NCBI RefSeq assembly: GCF_030028105.1
Contig: NC_092377.1
Coordinates: 126,684,242 to 126,748,241 of the forward strand
Direction of reading: 5' to 3'
Length of the DNA: 64,000 nucleotides
Source of the DNA: Mobula birostris
Lineage: Eukaryota
Shown here piece after piece: positions 47,540 through 61,046 of the stretch; position 1 is the stretch's first letter, and every line of letters begins with the position of its first letter. A program made the translations under genes and the position numbers. The notes below the pieces were generated by a model, which did not search any database, had not been told where the DNA came from, and saw nothing but the letters and a program-made list of their open reading frames with translations.

Positions 47540-48225
47540 ACTTAAAGGTGTATAATGACACTATCGATGTTGGCCAAATCAAAGTTGATTTAAAATCTGG
47601 CTGAGTGGTTCCACAACAGCATCTCAGACAATGTAATGTTGAGGCTTTATAAAGCACTGGTGAGGCCTCACTTGGGGTATTGTGAGCAGTTTTGGGCCCC
47701 TTATCTGAGAAAGGATGTGCTGACACGGGAGAGGGTTCAAAGGAGCTTCATGAAAATGATTCCAGGATCGAACAGCTTGTGAAATGAAGAGCACTTGATG
47801 GCTCTGGGCCTTTATACACTAGAATTCAAATGAATGAGGGGGTGGCCTCATTGAAACCTTTTGAATGGTGAAAGACCTTGATAGAGTGGATGTGGAGAGG
47901 ATGCTTCCTATGGTGAGAGAGTCTAGGACCAGAAGACACAGCCTCAGAACAGAGGGATGTCCTTTTAGAACAGAAATGAGCAGGAATTTCTTTACCAGAG
48001 AGTGGTGAGTCTGTGGAATTTCTTGCCACAGATGGCTGTGGAAGCCAAGTCAACGGTATACTTAAGGCCAAAAGTTGATAGATTCTTGATTGGACAGGGC
48101 ATGAAGGGATACGGGGAGAAGGCAGGAGATTGGGGCTGAGAGGAAAAAATGGTTCAGCCATGGTGGAATGGTAGAGTAGACTCGATGGGCCAAATGGCCC
48201 AATTGTCTTCCTATATGGGTCTCAG
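47540..48225 (+). mobile_element. CR1 3' fragment
   Basis: gcactggtgaggcctcacttggggtattgtgagcagttttggg and the typical CR1 3' UTR. Confidence 0.8.
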
Positions 48226-48381
48226 ACCCTGTCTTCCATCTACCGTCTTGTCCCTCCCCAGGAACTTGTCCCGCCCATCACTGGCTGGGCAGGCCCCATA
48301 TCTGCACCAGTCTTGCCCTACTGGTCATTTCTGCCCCGGAGACTTACAGCGGCTCATGGTCAAACGTTCCCCACAAATACC

Positions 48382-49348
48382 TGTCACAATTGGGCGTTGG
48401 GAACAGACCCAAATGCAAGATGCAGACACTGATGTTCAAGGAACAGGACTTGACTAGAGTAGGGACGTGACAGGATACAGACGAGGAGCAGGGACAGGAA
48501 TGCACACTAGGGCTTGGACCTCGAGCCAGAGACTGGACAAGGACCCAGAACCTGGGACTCGACTCAGGCTCAGACTCCAGAACTAAGCAAGGACAAGACG
48601 AGGCTACAGGACTGGACATGGCTTGGGTGAGGAACTCCTGCATAGGGCGAGACACAGGGACAGGTGAAGGCACATGGACAGGACTCGGATAGGACTGGAC
48701 TAGGCATGGACTGGATGAGGGCCTTCAGGAGCACGGAACCTTGGACTAGAAGAGACAGGAGCATGGAACGCAAAGCTGGGACCCCTCCTTGGGAACAGGA
48801 CATGGGGCCAGAACTCTCACACATAACACAGAGCCACACCCCTCCTTGGGAACAGGATGTAGGGCTGGGACTTATACACAGAACACTGAACATGAAGAGA
48901 CAGATCCCAACACAAGATGGCGGCAAACGGCTGGACCCACCTAGCGAAGGCGAGGACACAGAGACATTTCCCAACGCTAGGTAGTGGCAAACGGCCAGAC
49001 CTACCTAGCGAAGGCGTGGACACAGACAATTCCACACAACAAAAGGCAGTTCCTTATCTTGACCTAACCAGGCTCCGGTCATGCTCCAGTGGTAAAACTT
49101 CAGTGATACAGGTGGGGTATCCGGGCTAGGTGAGCAGGCAGAGTCAGGTGAGGGGGGGGGGGAAGACAAGGAGGGGAACAGGACAATCGAGCAGGGAATC
49201 CCTGGTTTGCAGAGGTATTTATGTCTCAGCCCCAGAACGAGAATCATGTGCCCACAACAGAAACTGGGGAAAACCAGAAACCCTGGAACAAGGAACCATG
49301 GACTGGACTGTGAACCGGAACACGGACTTCACGGACCGGACCATGACA
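48382..49348. mobile_element. Solo LTR-like element
   Basis: TGTCA...TGACA termini; flanks ATACC / ATGCC suggest a 5-bp TSD with one mismatch; related to 2062-3598. Confidence 0.7.
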
Positions 49349-50049
49349 ATGCCTCCCAAGTGTAACTCACAGTATAACGGTTCGTTGGACCCCATATAAA
49401 AGGGATCCCATCCTCATTGCAAAATTGTTAGGGAAATGAATTTGCTAAGTAAATTCAATTAAAATTGGTCATCACTAAATTGGACAAGGAATTCGAAGTA
49501 ACTAGAGAATACCTTCATTTGTGAATAAGGGAAGAATGACTTGTCAAGTCTTCCAAAGAACAATAGTCACAGCCTTTTTTTTTACTGTACATGCACACAG
49601 AAAGTCAAATACTACAAAGTTAAACAAAGTCAATTCTGTGCGTCTTATCAATTTCCACAAAAATGTCAGAGACAGTCTCCTTTCCGCCCATAACACACAG
49701 AGATAAGTTGTTAGAACATCTTTGAAACTAAGAAGTTTCAAGTGTGCTGAGAACCCAGGCCAAATGGTGAGTCTTTATTTATGGAAAACAGAAGGTTCAT
49801 TAAATCCTTAGATCTAGTAAGTCATTAAGTCCAAAAGTATAACTTGTTTTGTATTTTGTACCAGAGAGGTGAAGAACCAGACTTTTTAATTGTCAGAAAC
49901 TTAACAGCCCACGGGGTCCTCCTGACAATTTATGAACTTCGCAGTCTCCATCTTGATTACAGTGCTGTGTTGTGCTCCAAGGCCAGCACTAGGCATATTG
50001 CTAAGTTGCAGGGTGTTAACAACTCAGATATTTAACCCTTTATTCGGAA

Positions 50050-51640
50050 TTTTCTTCCACACCAGGACAATATAAACACCTATGCCAGGATGCTCTTTGT
50101 TGAATACAGCTCAGCGTTCAACATCATCATTCCCACAGTCCTGATTGATACCCTGGGCCTCTGTACATCCCTCTCCAATTGGATCCACGGCTTCCTAATT
50201 GGAAGACCACAATCTGTGTGGATTGGTAATAACACCTCCTCCTCACTGATGATCAACACTGGCATACCTCAGGAGTGTCTGCTTAGCCCACTGCTCTACT
50301 CTATCTATACCCAGGATTGTGTGGCTAGGCATAGCTTAAATACCATCTATAAATTTGCTGATGACACAATCATTGTTGGTAGAATCTCAGATTAAGATGA
50401 AAGGGTGTGCAGGAGTGAGATATACCAGCTAGTTGAGTGGTTCTGCAGCAACAGTCTTGCACTCAATGTCCGTAACACGAAAGAGCTGGTTGTGGACTTC
50501 AGGAGGGGTAAAGCAAAGGAACACAAACCAATCCTCATAGAGGTATCAGAGTGGACAGAGTGAATGGTTTCAAGTTCCTGGATGTCAAGATCACTGAGGA
50601 TATAACCTAAGCCCGTTATATTAAGACAGCTGCTATATTTCGTTCGAAGTTTGAAGAGATTTGATTTGTCAATTTAAACACTCAAAAGCTTCTACAGATG
50701 TACCGTGGAGAGCATTCTGACAGGCTGCATCACTCTTCAGTTTACGGAGAGGGGTCTGCTGCAGAGGACCAAAAGAAGCTGCAATAAAATTCGTCAGCTC
50801 TATTTATAGACAATAGACAATAGGTGCAGGAGTAGGCCATTCGGTCCTTCGAGCCAGCACCGCCATTCACTGAGATCATGGCTGATCATTCACAATCAGT
50901 ATCCAGTTCCTGCCTTATCCCCATAACCTTTGATTCCCTATCTTTAAGAGCTCCAACTCTTTCTTGAAAGCATTCAGAGACTTGGCCTCCACAGCCTTCT
51001 GGGGCAGAGCATTCCATATATCCACCACTCTCTGGGTGAAAAAGTTTTTCCTCAACTCCGTTCTAAATGGCCTACTCCTTATTCTTAAACTGTGGCCCCT
51101 AGTTCTGGACTCACCCATCAGCGGGAATATGCTTCCTGCCTCCAGCGTGTCCAATCCCTTAATAATCTTATATGTTTCAATAAGATCCCCTCTCATCCTT
51201 CTAAATTCCAGAGTATACAAGCCCAGTCGCTCCAATCTTTCGACATTTGGCAGTCCTGCCATCCCGGGAATTAACCTTCGGGAACTAGCCTCCGTAGCAT
51301 CCCAAGACATCTGCAAGCAGAAAGGTGGCGTCTATCTTAATGACCCCACCACCCAGGACATGCCCTGTTCCTGTTGTTACCATCAGGAAGGAGGTACAGA
51401 AGCCTGAAGGCACACACTCAGAGATTCAGGAACAGCTTCCCCCATCTCTATACAATTCATAAATGGACATTTAACCGAGAAACACTACCTCAGTTTTTAA
51501 ATAGATATGACTTTTGCACAATCTTTAATCTATTCAAAATACATACGTAAATACTTACTGTCATTGATTTACTTTTTTAATTTCTATATTAACATTTATT
51601 GCATTTGCTGCTGCTGCTAAGTTAACAAATTTCACTACAC
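50050..51640 (+). mobile_element. Rex/Babar-type LINE RT fragment, interrupted by a minus-strand CR1 3' end (~50812-51290)
   Basis: [26 protein letters not shown] and YKFADDT motifs; the CR1 insert carries an (aatagac)n tail, and the host resumes at ~51300. Confidence 0.75.
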
Positions 51641-53408
51641 ACGTCGGCGATGATAAACCTGATTCTGATTTTGATTCCGACCTGGAGAGCTCAGATGACA
51701 GGCCGCGAACTCGTCCTGTCATCTGCGCTCCCGCTGCGCCCGGGGCACCTGATTGACATCTGCTCGCTGACGTGTTTGCCGTTTACTTGTTACTCCAGTC
51801 TGTGGGGAACTTTGCAGACTCTCGAGAGTTAATCACAAGAGATAAGTTCATTTAATTTCCTTGTGTTTCTACGTCTCCACTTACTGTTACACAAACCGTG
51901 GACAGGACACCGTTCGCAGTGAGATTGTCAGCTGTTAGTTTGTAGGGTATTTAGTTTTGAAAGTAATGAACATGAACTCTCTGTTACCACCGCATTCCAC
52001 GCCACATCGGAACTGCTTTCCTCGGCGTCTCCAGAAAAAAAGAGGTAAGTAATACATTTGATGTTTGATTGTGTTGTTCGGGCAAGCCTTTGCCCATAAT
52101 TGCTTCACCTTCCACGATGCCCTCTCCCTTCAGGTCTCCTTCAGTCCACCCTGTGGCCCCCGCGACGGAGGAGGTCCCAGACACTCCCTCAAGTACTCTT
52201 TATCCATAGGTGTTGCCTGGTCTGCTGAGTTCCTCCAGCATTGTGTGTGGGTTACTTCCTCAAGCAACCCTCCTCTCTCCGCGAGGGGCGGTTCCCGAGC
52301 GACCCCGCTGCCCTGCAGTTGTAGCGACCATCCCTGCAGGTTCCCCACCGTGACCTCACAGAGATACTGGAATGCAGGACAGGAGGCAAAGATCTGGCAG
52401 AATCTGTGGAGGGAAATGGACAGTCGGCGTATTGGACCAACACCCTGTATTAAGACTCGAAATGAAAGGGAAGAGCGCAGAATAAGACAGTGAAGGGAGG
52501 GGGAGGAGAACCGCTCGCAGGCGACAGGTGCTCGACCTGGTGAAGGAGGGGAACATAGGTAGCAGGTGGAGTGGTGGGAATAATGAGAGAAATCTGTAAC
52601 AGGCAAAAGCTGGAGAATAAGGAATACAGCACCAGAGGGGACGGTAGTGTCCCATGGAAGAAAAGGAAGGAGGAAGGGAACAAGATGGAGGGGTTGGGAA
52701 CAGGAAACCAAAGGTGAAAGGATGAATAGAATGAGGGGAAAGCCAAATGTGGGAGAGGGAACTAAGGGGATTGCTACCAGAAGTTAGATCAATCAATGTT
52801 AATGTCATCAGACTGGACAGAATTAGTGCTCATATTGAGGCATTGGAGGAAATCGTAGACAGAAAATTCAGCGTGAGAATAGGAAGAGCAATTGGTTTGG
52901 GTGGCCAGTGGGAAATACTGACTGTTGCGGCCGACAGAGCGAAGACGCTCCTTCCTGTGTAAGTCACACAAAATGCTGGAGGAACTCAGCATCTATGGTA
53001 GAGAGTGCAGTCGACGTTTCGGGCCGAGACCTTTCATCAGATTCTGCCTGGCCGGCTGAGTTTCTCCGCAATTTAGGTGTGTGTAACTTGTATTTCCAGC
53101 ATCTGCAGATTTTGTCTTGTTCCTTCCATTCTAAGCCATGTTGCATACAGATTTACATATGTAGCATACAGGGCACCTGGTCCAGCGGTTAGTTTCTGCA
53201 GTAGCCGCGTTTTATCTAAACGTAAGCAGAATAAATTCTTTTGAGTCATGACGTCCATTTTGTTCTGTGCGGCGCCGGGATTGCTTTCCTCCGCTTCCCA
53301 GTGAAGACAGGAAAATAACAATTGTTTGTTCAGGGAGTACTGCTGCTAAAACTGACACATTACACATACTGTAGCGTGTTCTGCTCTTTACTCGGCACAC
53401 GAGTCCGT

Positions 53409-53480
53409 GGGGATCATTGAAGAGTCTCGCGAGATTCCCCCAGTTTGTGGGATTCATTGAAGAGTCTCGCGAGATTCCCC
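53409..53480. promoter_or_regulatory. Two TCTCGCGAGA palindromes (BANP/ZBTB33-attributed CpG-promoter motif) in a 40-bp tandem duplication
   Basis: Exact motifs at 53425-53434 and 53465-53474; CpG-rich surroundings with TGAGTCA and TGACGT nearby (~53243-53255). Confidence 0.55.
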
Positions 53481-53789
53481 CTCCCCTCATCTTTTGTTCC
53501 CCATTCAAGCCCTTAACCTCTTCCCACCTGCCTATCACCTCCCGTTGTATTCCTCCTCTTTCTGCAATGGTCCACACTCCACTCCGATCAGATTCCTTCA
53601 TCTCCAGCCCTGTACATTTCCCACCCAGCTGGGTTCACCTAACCTCTTCCGGCTATCTCCCCTCCCCTGCCCCAACTTTTTATTCTGGCCTCTCCCTCCT
53701 TCTTTTGCAATCGTGTAAAAGGTCTTGGCCCGAAACCCCGACTGTTTGTTCATCTCCATGGATGCTGCCTGACCAGCTGAGTTAGAGTC

Positions 53790-55900
53790 ATAAAATCAGA
53801 TAAAACTACAGTGCAGAAACAAACCCTTCGGCTATCCAGTCCATGCCAAACTGCTTAAACTGCCAACTCTGACCAACCATCGCTCTCCATGCCCCTCCCA
53901 TCCATAATCCTATCCAAACTTCTTTGAACATGAAAACCAAAATCACTTGCACCACTTGCGCTGGCAGCTCGTACACACTCACCACCCTCCAGGTGAAGGA
54001 GTTTCTCCTCATGATCCCCTTAAATATTTCACCTTTCATCCTTAACCCATGACCTCTGCTTGCCATCCCACCCAACCTCAGTGAAAAATGCCTGCTTGCA
54101 TTTACCCTGTCTATAGCCCTCATAATTTAAATTCTTGCAAATCTCCCCTCAGTCTTCTATGTTCCAGGGAATGAAGTTCAAACCTATTCAATCTTTCCTT
54201 ATAACTGAGGTATTTCAGTCTCAGCAAAATCCTTGTAAATTTTCTCTGTACTCTTTCAATCTTATTTATATCTTTACTGTAGCTGGGTGACCAAATGTGC
54301 ACACATTACTCCAAATTAGGCCTCGCCAAACCCGTATACGATTTTAACATAACATCCTGACTCCTGTACTCAGTACTTTGATCTTTGAAGGCCAATGTGC
54401 CAAAAGTTTTCTTAATGACACTACCTACCTGTGCCACCACTTTCAATGAATTATGGACCTGTATTCCAGAATCCCTTTGTTCTACTTTGACCCCTCAGTG
54501 CCCTACTGCTCACTGGTTGGTCCTCCCAAAGTGTAACACCTCACACTCTTCTGCATTAAATTCCATCTACCATCTTTCCAGTTGGTTCAGATCCCACTGC
54601 AAGCTTTGATAGTCATCCTCCCTGTCCAGTACACCCACAATCTTGGTTTCATCTGCAAATTTGCTGAACTGGTTAACCACATTATCATCCAGATCATTGA
54701 TATCGATGAAAAACAACAGTGGACCCAGCACTGACACTGGCGGGACTTCACAAGTCACAGGCCTCCAGTCAGAGAGGCAATCAACCGCTACAAACCTTTG
54801 GCTTCTCCCACAAAGTCAGTTCCTAATATAATTGACCACCTCATCTTGAATACCAAGCAACTGAACCTACTTGACCAATCTTCCATGTGGAACCTTGTCA
54901 AATGCTTTGTCCATCTGGACAACAGCCACTGCCTTGCTGTCGTCAACTTTCATAGTAACTTCCTAAAAACACTCTCTAAGATTAGTTAGATGTAACCTGC
55001 TGTGCACAAAGCCTTGCTGACTACTCCTAATCAATCCAAATACATATTTATCCAGTCTCTTGGAATACCTTCCAATAGCTTTCCCATTACTGATGTCATG
55101 CTCATCAGCCTATAATTTCCTAGTTTATTCTTAGAGCCTTTCTGAAACAGCAGAACAACATTAGCTATCCTCCAGGTATCTCACCTGTCCGCTAAGGACC
55201 CTAGTTTTTAATTATTTATTGGGATACAGTATGGAATAAGCCCTTCTGGCCCTTCATTACCAGTAACCCCCGATTTATTCCTAGCCTAATCACAGGAAAA
55301 TTTACAGTGACCATTAACCTTCTAACTGATATATCTTTGAACTGTGGGAGGAAATCTGAGCACCCAGACGAAACCCACACGGTCCCGGGGAAAAAGTACA
55401 AGTTTCTTACAGGCAGCAGCAGAAATTGAACCTGGATCACTGGTACTGTGATGCATTGTGCCAACCACTGTCCTTTCCACAGGGCCTGAGGGAACACTTT
55501 GTCAGGCCCTGGAGATTTGTCCCAAAACTGCAAACACCTGTGTAGTGACCGCACTGCCACTTTGCCTCATATCTGTAGATTTCGTCTCTCTCACTTAATT
55601 CCATGCATAGGGTTACCAATCTGACCTTCCAGAGGACCAATTTTGTCCCTGGCAATCCTCTTGCTCTTAACATATCTGTTGAAGCTCTTAGGATTCTCCT
55701 TCACCTTGTTTGCTAGAGAAGCCTCATGCCTTATTTTAGCCCCCCTGATTTCTTTAGGTGTTCTCTTGAATTTCATACACTCCTCAAGTACCTCATTTGT
55801 TCCTACCTGCCTGTAACTGCTAGACACCACTTTTTTCTTAACCAACCTTCAAAATCTCTCTTGAAAAACAGGGTTTCCTAAATCTATCATCTTTGCCTTT
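53790..55900 (-). mobile_element. CR1 ORF2 fragments with a SINE insertion
   Basis: SVLGPLLFFIDINDLD, SKFADETK, KIERVQRKFT and EIRGAKIRHE motifs. Confidence 0.85.
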
Positions 55901-57869
55901 TATTCTGACGGGCACGTCAAGCTTTGTACTCTCAAACAACATACACAAAATGCTGGAGGAACGCAGCAGGCCAGGCAGCATCAATATTTCAGGCCGAGAT
56001 CCTTCAGTAGGATGGGAAAAAAAACTGAGGAGTAGATTTGAAAGGTGGGGGAGGGGAGCAAGAACACAAGGTGAAAGGTGAACCTGAAGGGGGAGGGATG
56101 AAGTTAAGAGCTGGGAAGTTGATCGGTGAAAGAGATAGAGGCCTGGAGAAGGTGGGAGTCTGATGGAAGAGGACAGAAGACCATGGAAGAAAGAAAAGGG
56201 GGGAGGTGATGGGTGAGAGAGGGAAAAGGCCTCACGAGTTCCTCCAACACTTTGTGTGTTGCTTGGATTTCCAGCATCTGCAGATTTTCTCTTGTTTGTG
56301 ATTGTACTCTCAGATTTTCACTTTTGAAGGTGTCCTACTTACCAACTACATCTTCTTTCAGCAGTTTGTGTATGCTGCAATGAAAAGTTGTCTTCTGAAT
56401 TTAACAGCATTGTGGGAGCTTGTTGGTGTGTGGGGCTCTGAGGATGTTGGGTGTTTGTGACACAGTGACATATGTTCTCCTGTCAACATACTGAGAGCCC
56501 TTGTCTGCACCTTGCCCACATGGGCACTGTGCTTTTTCCCCATCAGGGACGCCCCCCAACACACAGAGCCGTTTGATAAGTACCTTGGTCTGCTGCCCAG
56601 TTCTGGTTTACTATTTTCACAGATGTACCGAGATACAGTGAAAAGCTTTGCTTTATGTTTCATCCCGACAGATCATTGCACACGTCAGTATGGTGAGGTA
56701 GTACCGAGATAAAACAAGGACACAATTCAGAATAAAGCGTTAATTAGAAAGTGCAGTGCAGGGAAATGATAAGGTGCAAGATCACAGCCAGTTATTTGAT
56801 CTTTATTGTAAATCAGACTCGTGTCAGCTGGTGAGAAGTTGACTTATGCCTGATGGGTGGGAGTTTGAGTTCAAGCTCAAGTTAAGGTTTACTGTCATTC
56901 AACTGTTAGATGTAAACCACCAAATGAAACAAAATTCCTCCAGACCAGGGTGTACACACATAACACAGAGTAATATTACCACAGATATTCACAAGTTCAA
57001 AGGTACAATTTAATGTCAGAAATGTATACAATATACATCCTGAAATGCCTTTTCTTCGCAACCATCCATGAAAACAGAGAAGCGCCCCAAAGAATGAATG
57101 ACAGTTAAATGTTAGAACCCCAAAGGTCCCCCCTGGCTCCCCGGTCCCCCACGTGTAAGCAGCAGCGAGCAACAATCCCCCCTCCCCTACTGGCAAAAAC
57201 AAAGCACACCCACTACCAGCACTCAAGCGTGAGCAAAGCAATAGCAAAGACACAGACTTGCAGTTACCCCAAAGACTACACTGTTCACCCGATAGTTTGA
57301 CACGCTGCAGGCTCTCTCTCTCCTAATAAGGGAGAAAGAGGTGAGTCCATTTTCCAATGAGTGAGAGAGATAACAAACAACTCGCTGGATTATGATGTTA
57401 AAAGTCCGTTATGTCGCTTTTTCCGAGCTCTATACCTGGAGATTAAATGGATCCCAGGTGTACAGCAGATGTTCCGACTCCCTCAATGACACACGGATCT
57501 TTTGTGGTGACACTGACCCTTGACTTGCGCGACTCCAATCAATCGAGAACCTAGGCTTCTGAAATTGTGTCAAATCATAGGCTGAGACCACGGCATGCCG
57601 AATAGCGGCTGATCGTGGAACCTCGAGAGTGGGTCCCATTCCCACAAAGAACCATAGTCAGGGTCTTCAAAGGAACCCTGAAAGGGAAATATAGAGATAT
57701 TAATGATGGAAATAGGACTGCTTCCGAAGATGCAAGCAAAAGAGTTGCTGTTGGGCGCCATCATCCACTTAGCTCTGCCTCCGATTATTTTATTTTATCA
57801 GATATTAAAATATATTCCAGTGGACTGCTAATCTAACTCCTTTCAGGCAGTCCATGCTGTTAATCAGTT

Positions 57870-57951
57870 CTAACTGTGTGTAGACGTTCCCTGGGGATCA
57901 ATCCAGGCCAACGTTCTCACCAGTCTCACATTGTGATGTCACTTCGGGTAT
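57870..57951 (-). pseudogene. Gene B homolog of exon 6, with stops in the homologous frame
   Basis: Acceptor gtgaccttcctttctgttctacttgcag| resembles gene A intron 5. The split codon TG|A is a stop, followed by YPK*HHNVRLVRTLAWID (gene A: SRRQHHKMCPRLLARME). Confidence 0.65.
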
Positions 57952-58263
57952 CTGCAAGTAGAACAGAAAGGAAGGTCACAGAATCACAGAGGCAAAGGGT
58001 TGGAGGCAGTCAAAGAGGGGTGTAGCAGATGGAGGGAAGAGTCAGAGACTGGGAAGGGTTAGGGGAGATATTGGGTTACAGAGATTGGGAGGAGTCTAGG
58101 GACTGGAGGTGGTTACAGAAATGGGAGGAGCCTAGGGGCCAGAGTTGGGGGGTGGTCACAGAGATGGGTTGACGGGGTGTAGGGACTAGAAGAACTGAGA
58201 GGGGTGCAGGGGAAGCCACAGTTGTGGTTCAGAGTTTTCCCAGGAAGGGACGAAGTCACTTAC

Positions 58264-58312
58264 CATTGAATGAGAACCACAGCAACAAGCACGATGACTA
58301 CCACAGTCACTG
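58264..58312 (-). CDS. Gene B transmembrane exon (AVTVVVIVLVAVVLIQ), phase 1 to 2
   Basis: Acceptor catttccgttcag|, donor TG|gtaagt; same phases as gene A exon 5. Confidence 0.82.
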
Positions 58313-59227
58313 CTGAACGGAAATGATATAATTAGAGTAAATCAACCGGAAACATACAATGGGACATCCGTTACCCCTGGTGCCTGCTCCACCATCCACA
58401 CCCATCCCAGATACACCTTCATCCATATTACAATCCCATTCACTCTCCATCACAGGTCTGTTATATTAAAAAGTCTATCTATCCCCTTCTTAAATCCCAA
58501 TCAATTGTTCCCTGAAAGTGGTGATACAGGTAGACAAGATGGTGAAGAAGGTGTTTGGTACATGAGCTTTCATCAGTCAGGGTACTGACAGCAGGACTTG
58601 GGTGGTCACGTTGCGGTTGTACGAGTTGTTAGTGAGCCCACACTTGGAATATTGTGCTCAGCTTTGGTCAACTTGATATGGGGAAAGTTGCCCTGAATTT
58701 GGAAAGAGTGCAGATTAGATCTGAGATGTTGCCGAGGATCGAGGGACTAAGTTATGGAGAGAGGTTGGGACTTTATTGTCTGGAGTATACAAGACTGAGA
58801 GATGACTTTATAGAGGTGAATAAAATTATGAGGAGCACAGAACTGTGGAATTCATTGGCTGTGGACATCGCCATTGGGAAAGGGTACTGAAGGCAGATAT
58901 GAATAAGTTTTGACATTGAGAAGAGGGGTGAAGGTGTGAGGGTTACAGGGAGAAAGTGGGAGGGTGGGGCTGAGGAAAAAAAAAATCAGCCATGAATGTA
59001 TGGAAAGGCAGACTCAATGAGACAAATGGTCTTATTCAGTTCCTGTATCTTCTGGTTTAAAACTGCCCCCACAGCAGAGCAATAGGGGAATAGAGAGGAA
59101 GAGGGGCTGTAATCCAGGGACAGAGGACAGGACAGCCCAGTTACTGCTGGGTTCTTTTAACCCCTTCTGAACCTGACACCCTCCAGACACTCATCTCAAG
59201 TCCCAGTTTCAGAATGAGAAACCTCAC

Positions 59228-59383
59228 CTGGAGCTGCAATCCACCCAGCCACACTTGTAGTTCCACCCTGCACATCTCCTCCGCCCAATCCATTCCTCCA
59301 GGCATGCTCTGGCTCCAAAGTTATCGCTTCCGGTGGGCTAATCACTTGGTCCACCACAGTCATCTGTCTGGGGCACTCCCAGT
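59228..59383 (-). CDS. Gene B stalk exon (52 codons, phase 1-1)
   Basis: Acceptor tgtgctttgcag|, donor |gtgagg; aligns with the gene A stalk. Confidence 0.78.
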
Positions 59384-61046
59384 CTGCAAAGCACAGGGGT
59401 TCTGTCTTAGTTCTGAGATGCTCTCTGTAAATCCGCACTCTCCAGAGGTCGGTAAATGGTTGGTGAACTTAGGGCCATGGGAGCACCATTCAAGCTTGCT
59501 CCGGAGCTCAGAGATACAGTCACACAGCAAGCAAACAGGTCCAGCTAGACAAGATGCTCATCTAAGCCAATCCCATATCCCTCCAAGCCTTTCTTATCCA
59601 TGTACCTGTTGAACTATCTTTTAAGTGTAATGTATCTGCCTGAGCCACTTCCTCTGGAAGCTTGTTCCACATATGAACTACCCTCTGGGTGTAAAGATTT
59701 CCACTTGGATTCATAGTAAATCTTCCTTATCTTGCCTTAAATCATGCCCTCTAATTCTTGATTTTGCAACCTTAGGGAAAAAACCATGCGTCTTCACCCT
59801 ACCCATGGCCCTCATGATTTTATACACCTCCTTAAGGTCAACCCAGTCTCCTGTCCTCCGCTGAATAAGGACCTAACCTGCCCACCCATCTCCATAACTC
59901 AGAATGGTGTCCTGACAACAGACACGTGATGCTCCTCTGTACTCTTTCCACTCAATGACATGTTCCCTATAGCAAGGTGACCAAAACTGAACACAATCGT
60001 CCAAGTGCCACCTTACCAATGTCTTGTGGAAGTCCCATGTTCTCTCGTGTCCCAATTTCCATGGGTGTCAATCCCTACTACAAACCCCCTCCACACAATC
60101 TTCCTGACCTTTATGCCTTTCCCTCAGTAGTCCATCCTTCACATCCTCTGGGGCAGAGTATTGACAGTACCATCTTCCAGTAGAAATGACTGACCTTGAT
60201 CTTGTAATTCTCTCCCCTCGATTGAAATGATGACAGCCCTGCAGTAATCATTACACCACAGAGTTGTCCATTAACTATCCAATAACCTGCCATGCCGCTC
60301 AGCTGGAAGATGAGCTAATCTTCCAGACTTCTGGAAGTTATTCCAACTTAAACTCTCAACTCTTATTGGCTTGATTGTTACAAAGTACTAGAACACATTT
60401 TCCAGCAAAACAATTTACAGACATGCAGTTGCAATCTTTTTCTCAGAGACTTTACAACAAGTTTTGGCTCTCCAAGAAGTTTGATTCGTAGAGACTCGTA
60501 ATGAAATTACAAAAGCTAGTATCTTCTTGTTCCCAGGATTAAAGTGTACAAAGGGTGTGCATGTAAGGTGAAAGGGGGCAAATTCAAAGGAGATGTGCTG
60601 AGCCAGGTCTCCTTACAGGGATGCACCACAGCAAATTTCCAACACATGGAACAGTACACGGCAAATGAATTAGATTGTTGACCCACGAGTGCTGAGTGGC
60701 TCGATTGACCTGCCAAGGTGGTGGTGGAGACAGACGCAGCAGTCATTTGATAGGTTCTTAGACAGAAAGATGACTGTTCAGACAATGGAGGAATGTTGAT
60801 GTGATGTAGGGAGAAGGGACTATTCAAGTATGAACATATTAAATATATAGTCTAGCACTGCATATTGGGCTGAATGGCCTGTTCCCGTACTGTGCTGGCT
60901 CATGTTATATTTAGATCAGAACACAGGAAACCAGGTGCCCCTGCAAGGGATGTGTGGGGGAATATTGTCCAGACACCAAACAATGGGAAGAGTGGGATTC
61001 TGGAGTATCAAACCCTCATGGAACGTGCCTCTCCCCCAGCACCTAC

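Noticed and set aside
52340-52395. RAG recombination signal (cacagag + ~23-nt spacer + caaagatct)
   Set aside because: Heptamer and nonamer are both poor matches, and the nonamer lies in Penelope-derived DNA. I saw no RSS flanking the V exons, which already contain their J-like motif.
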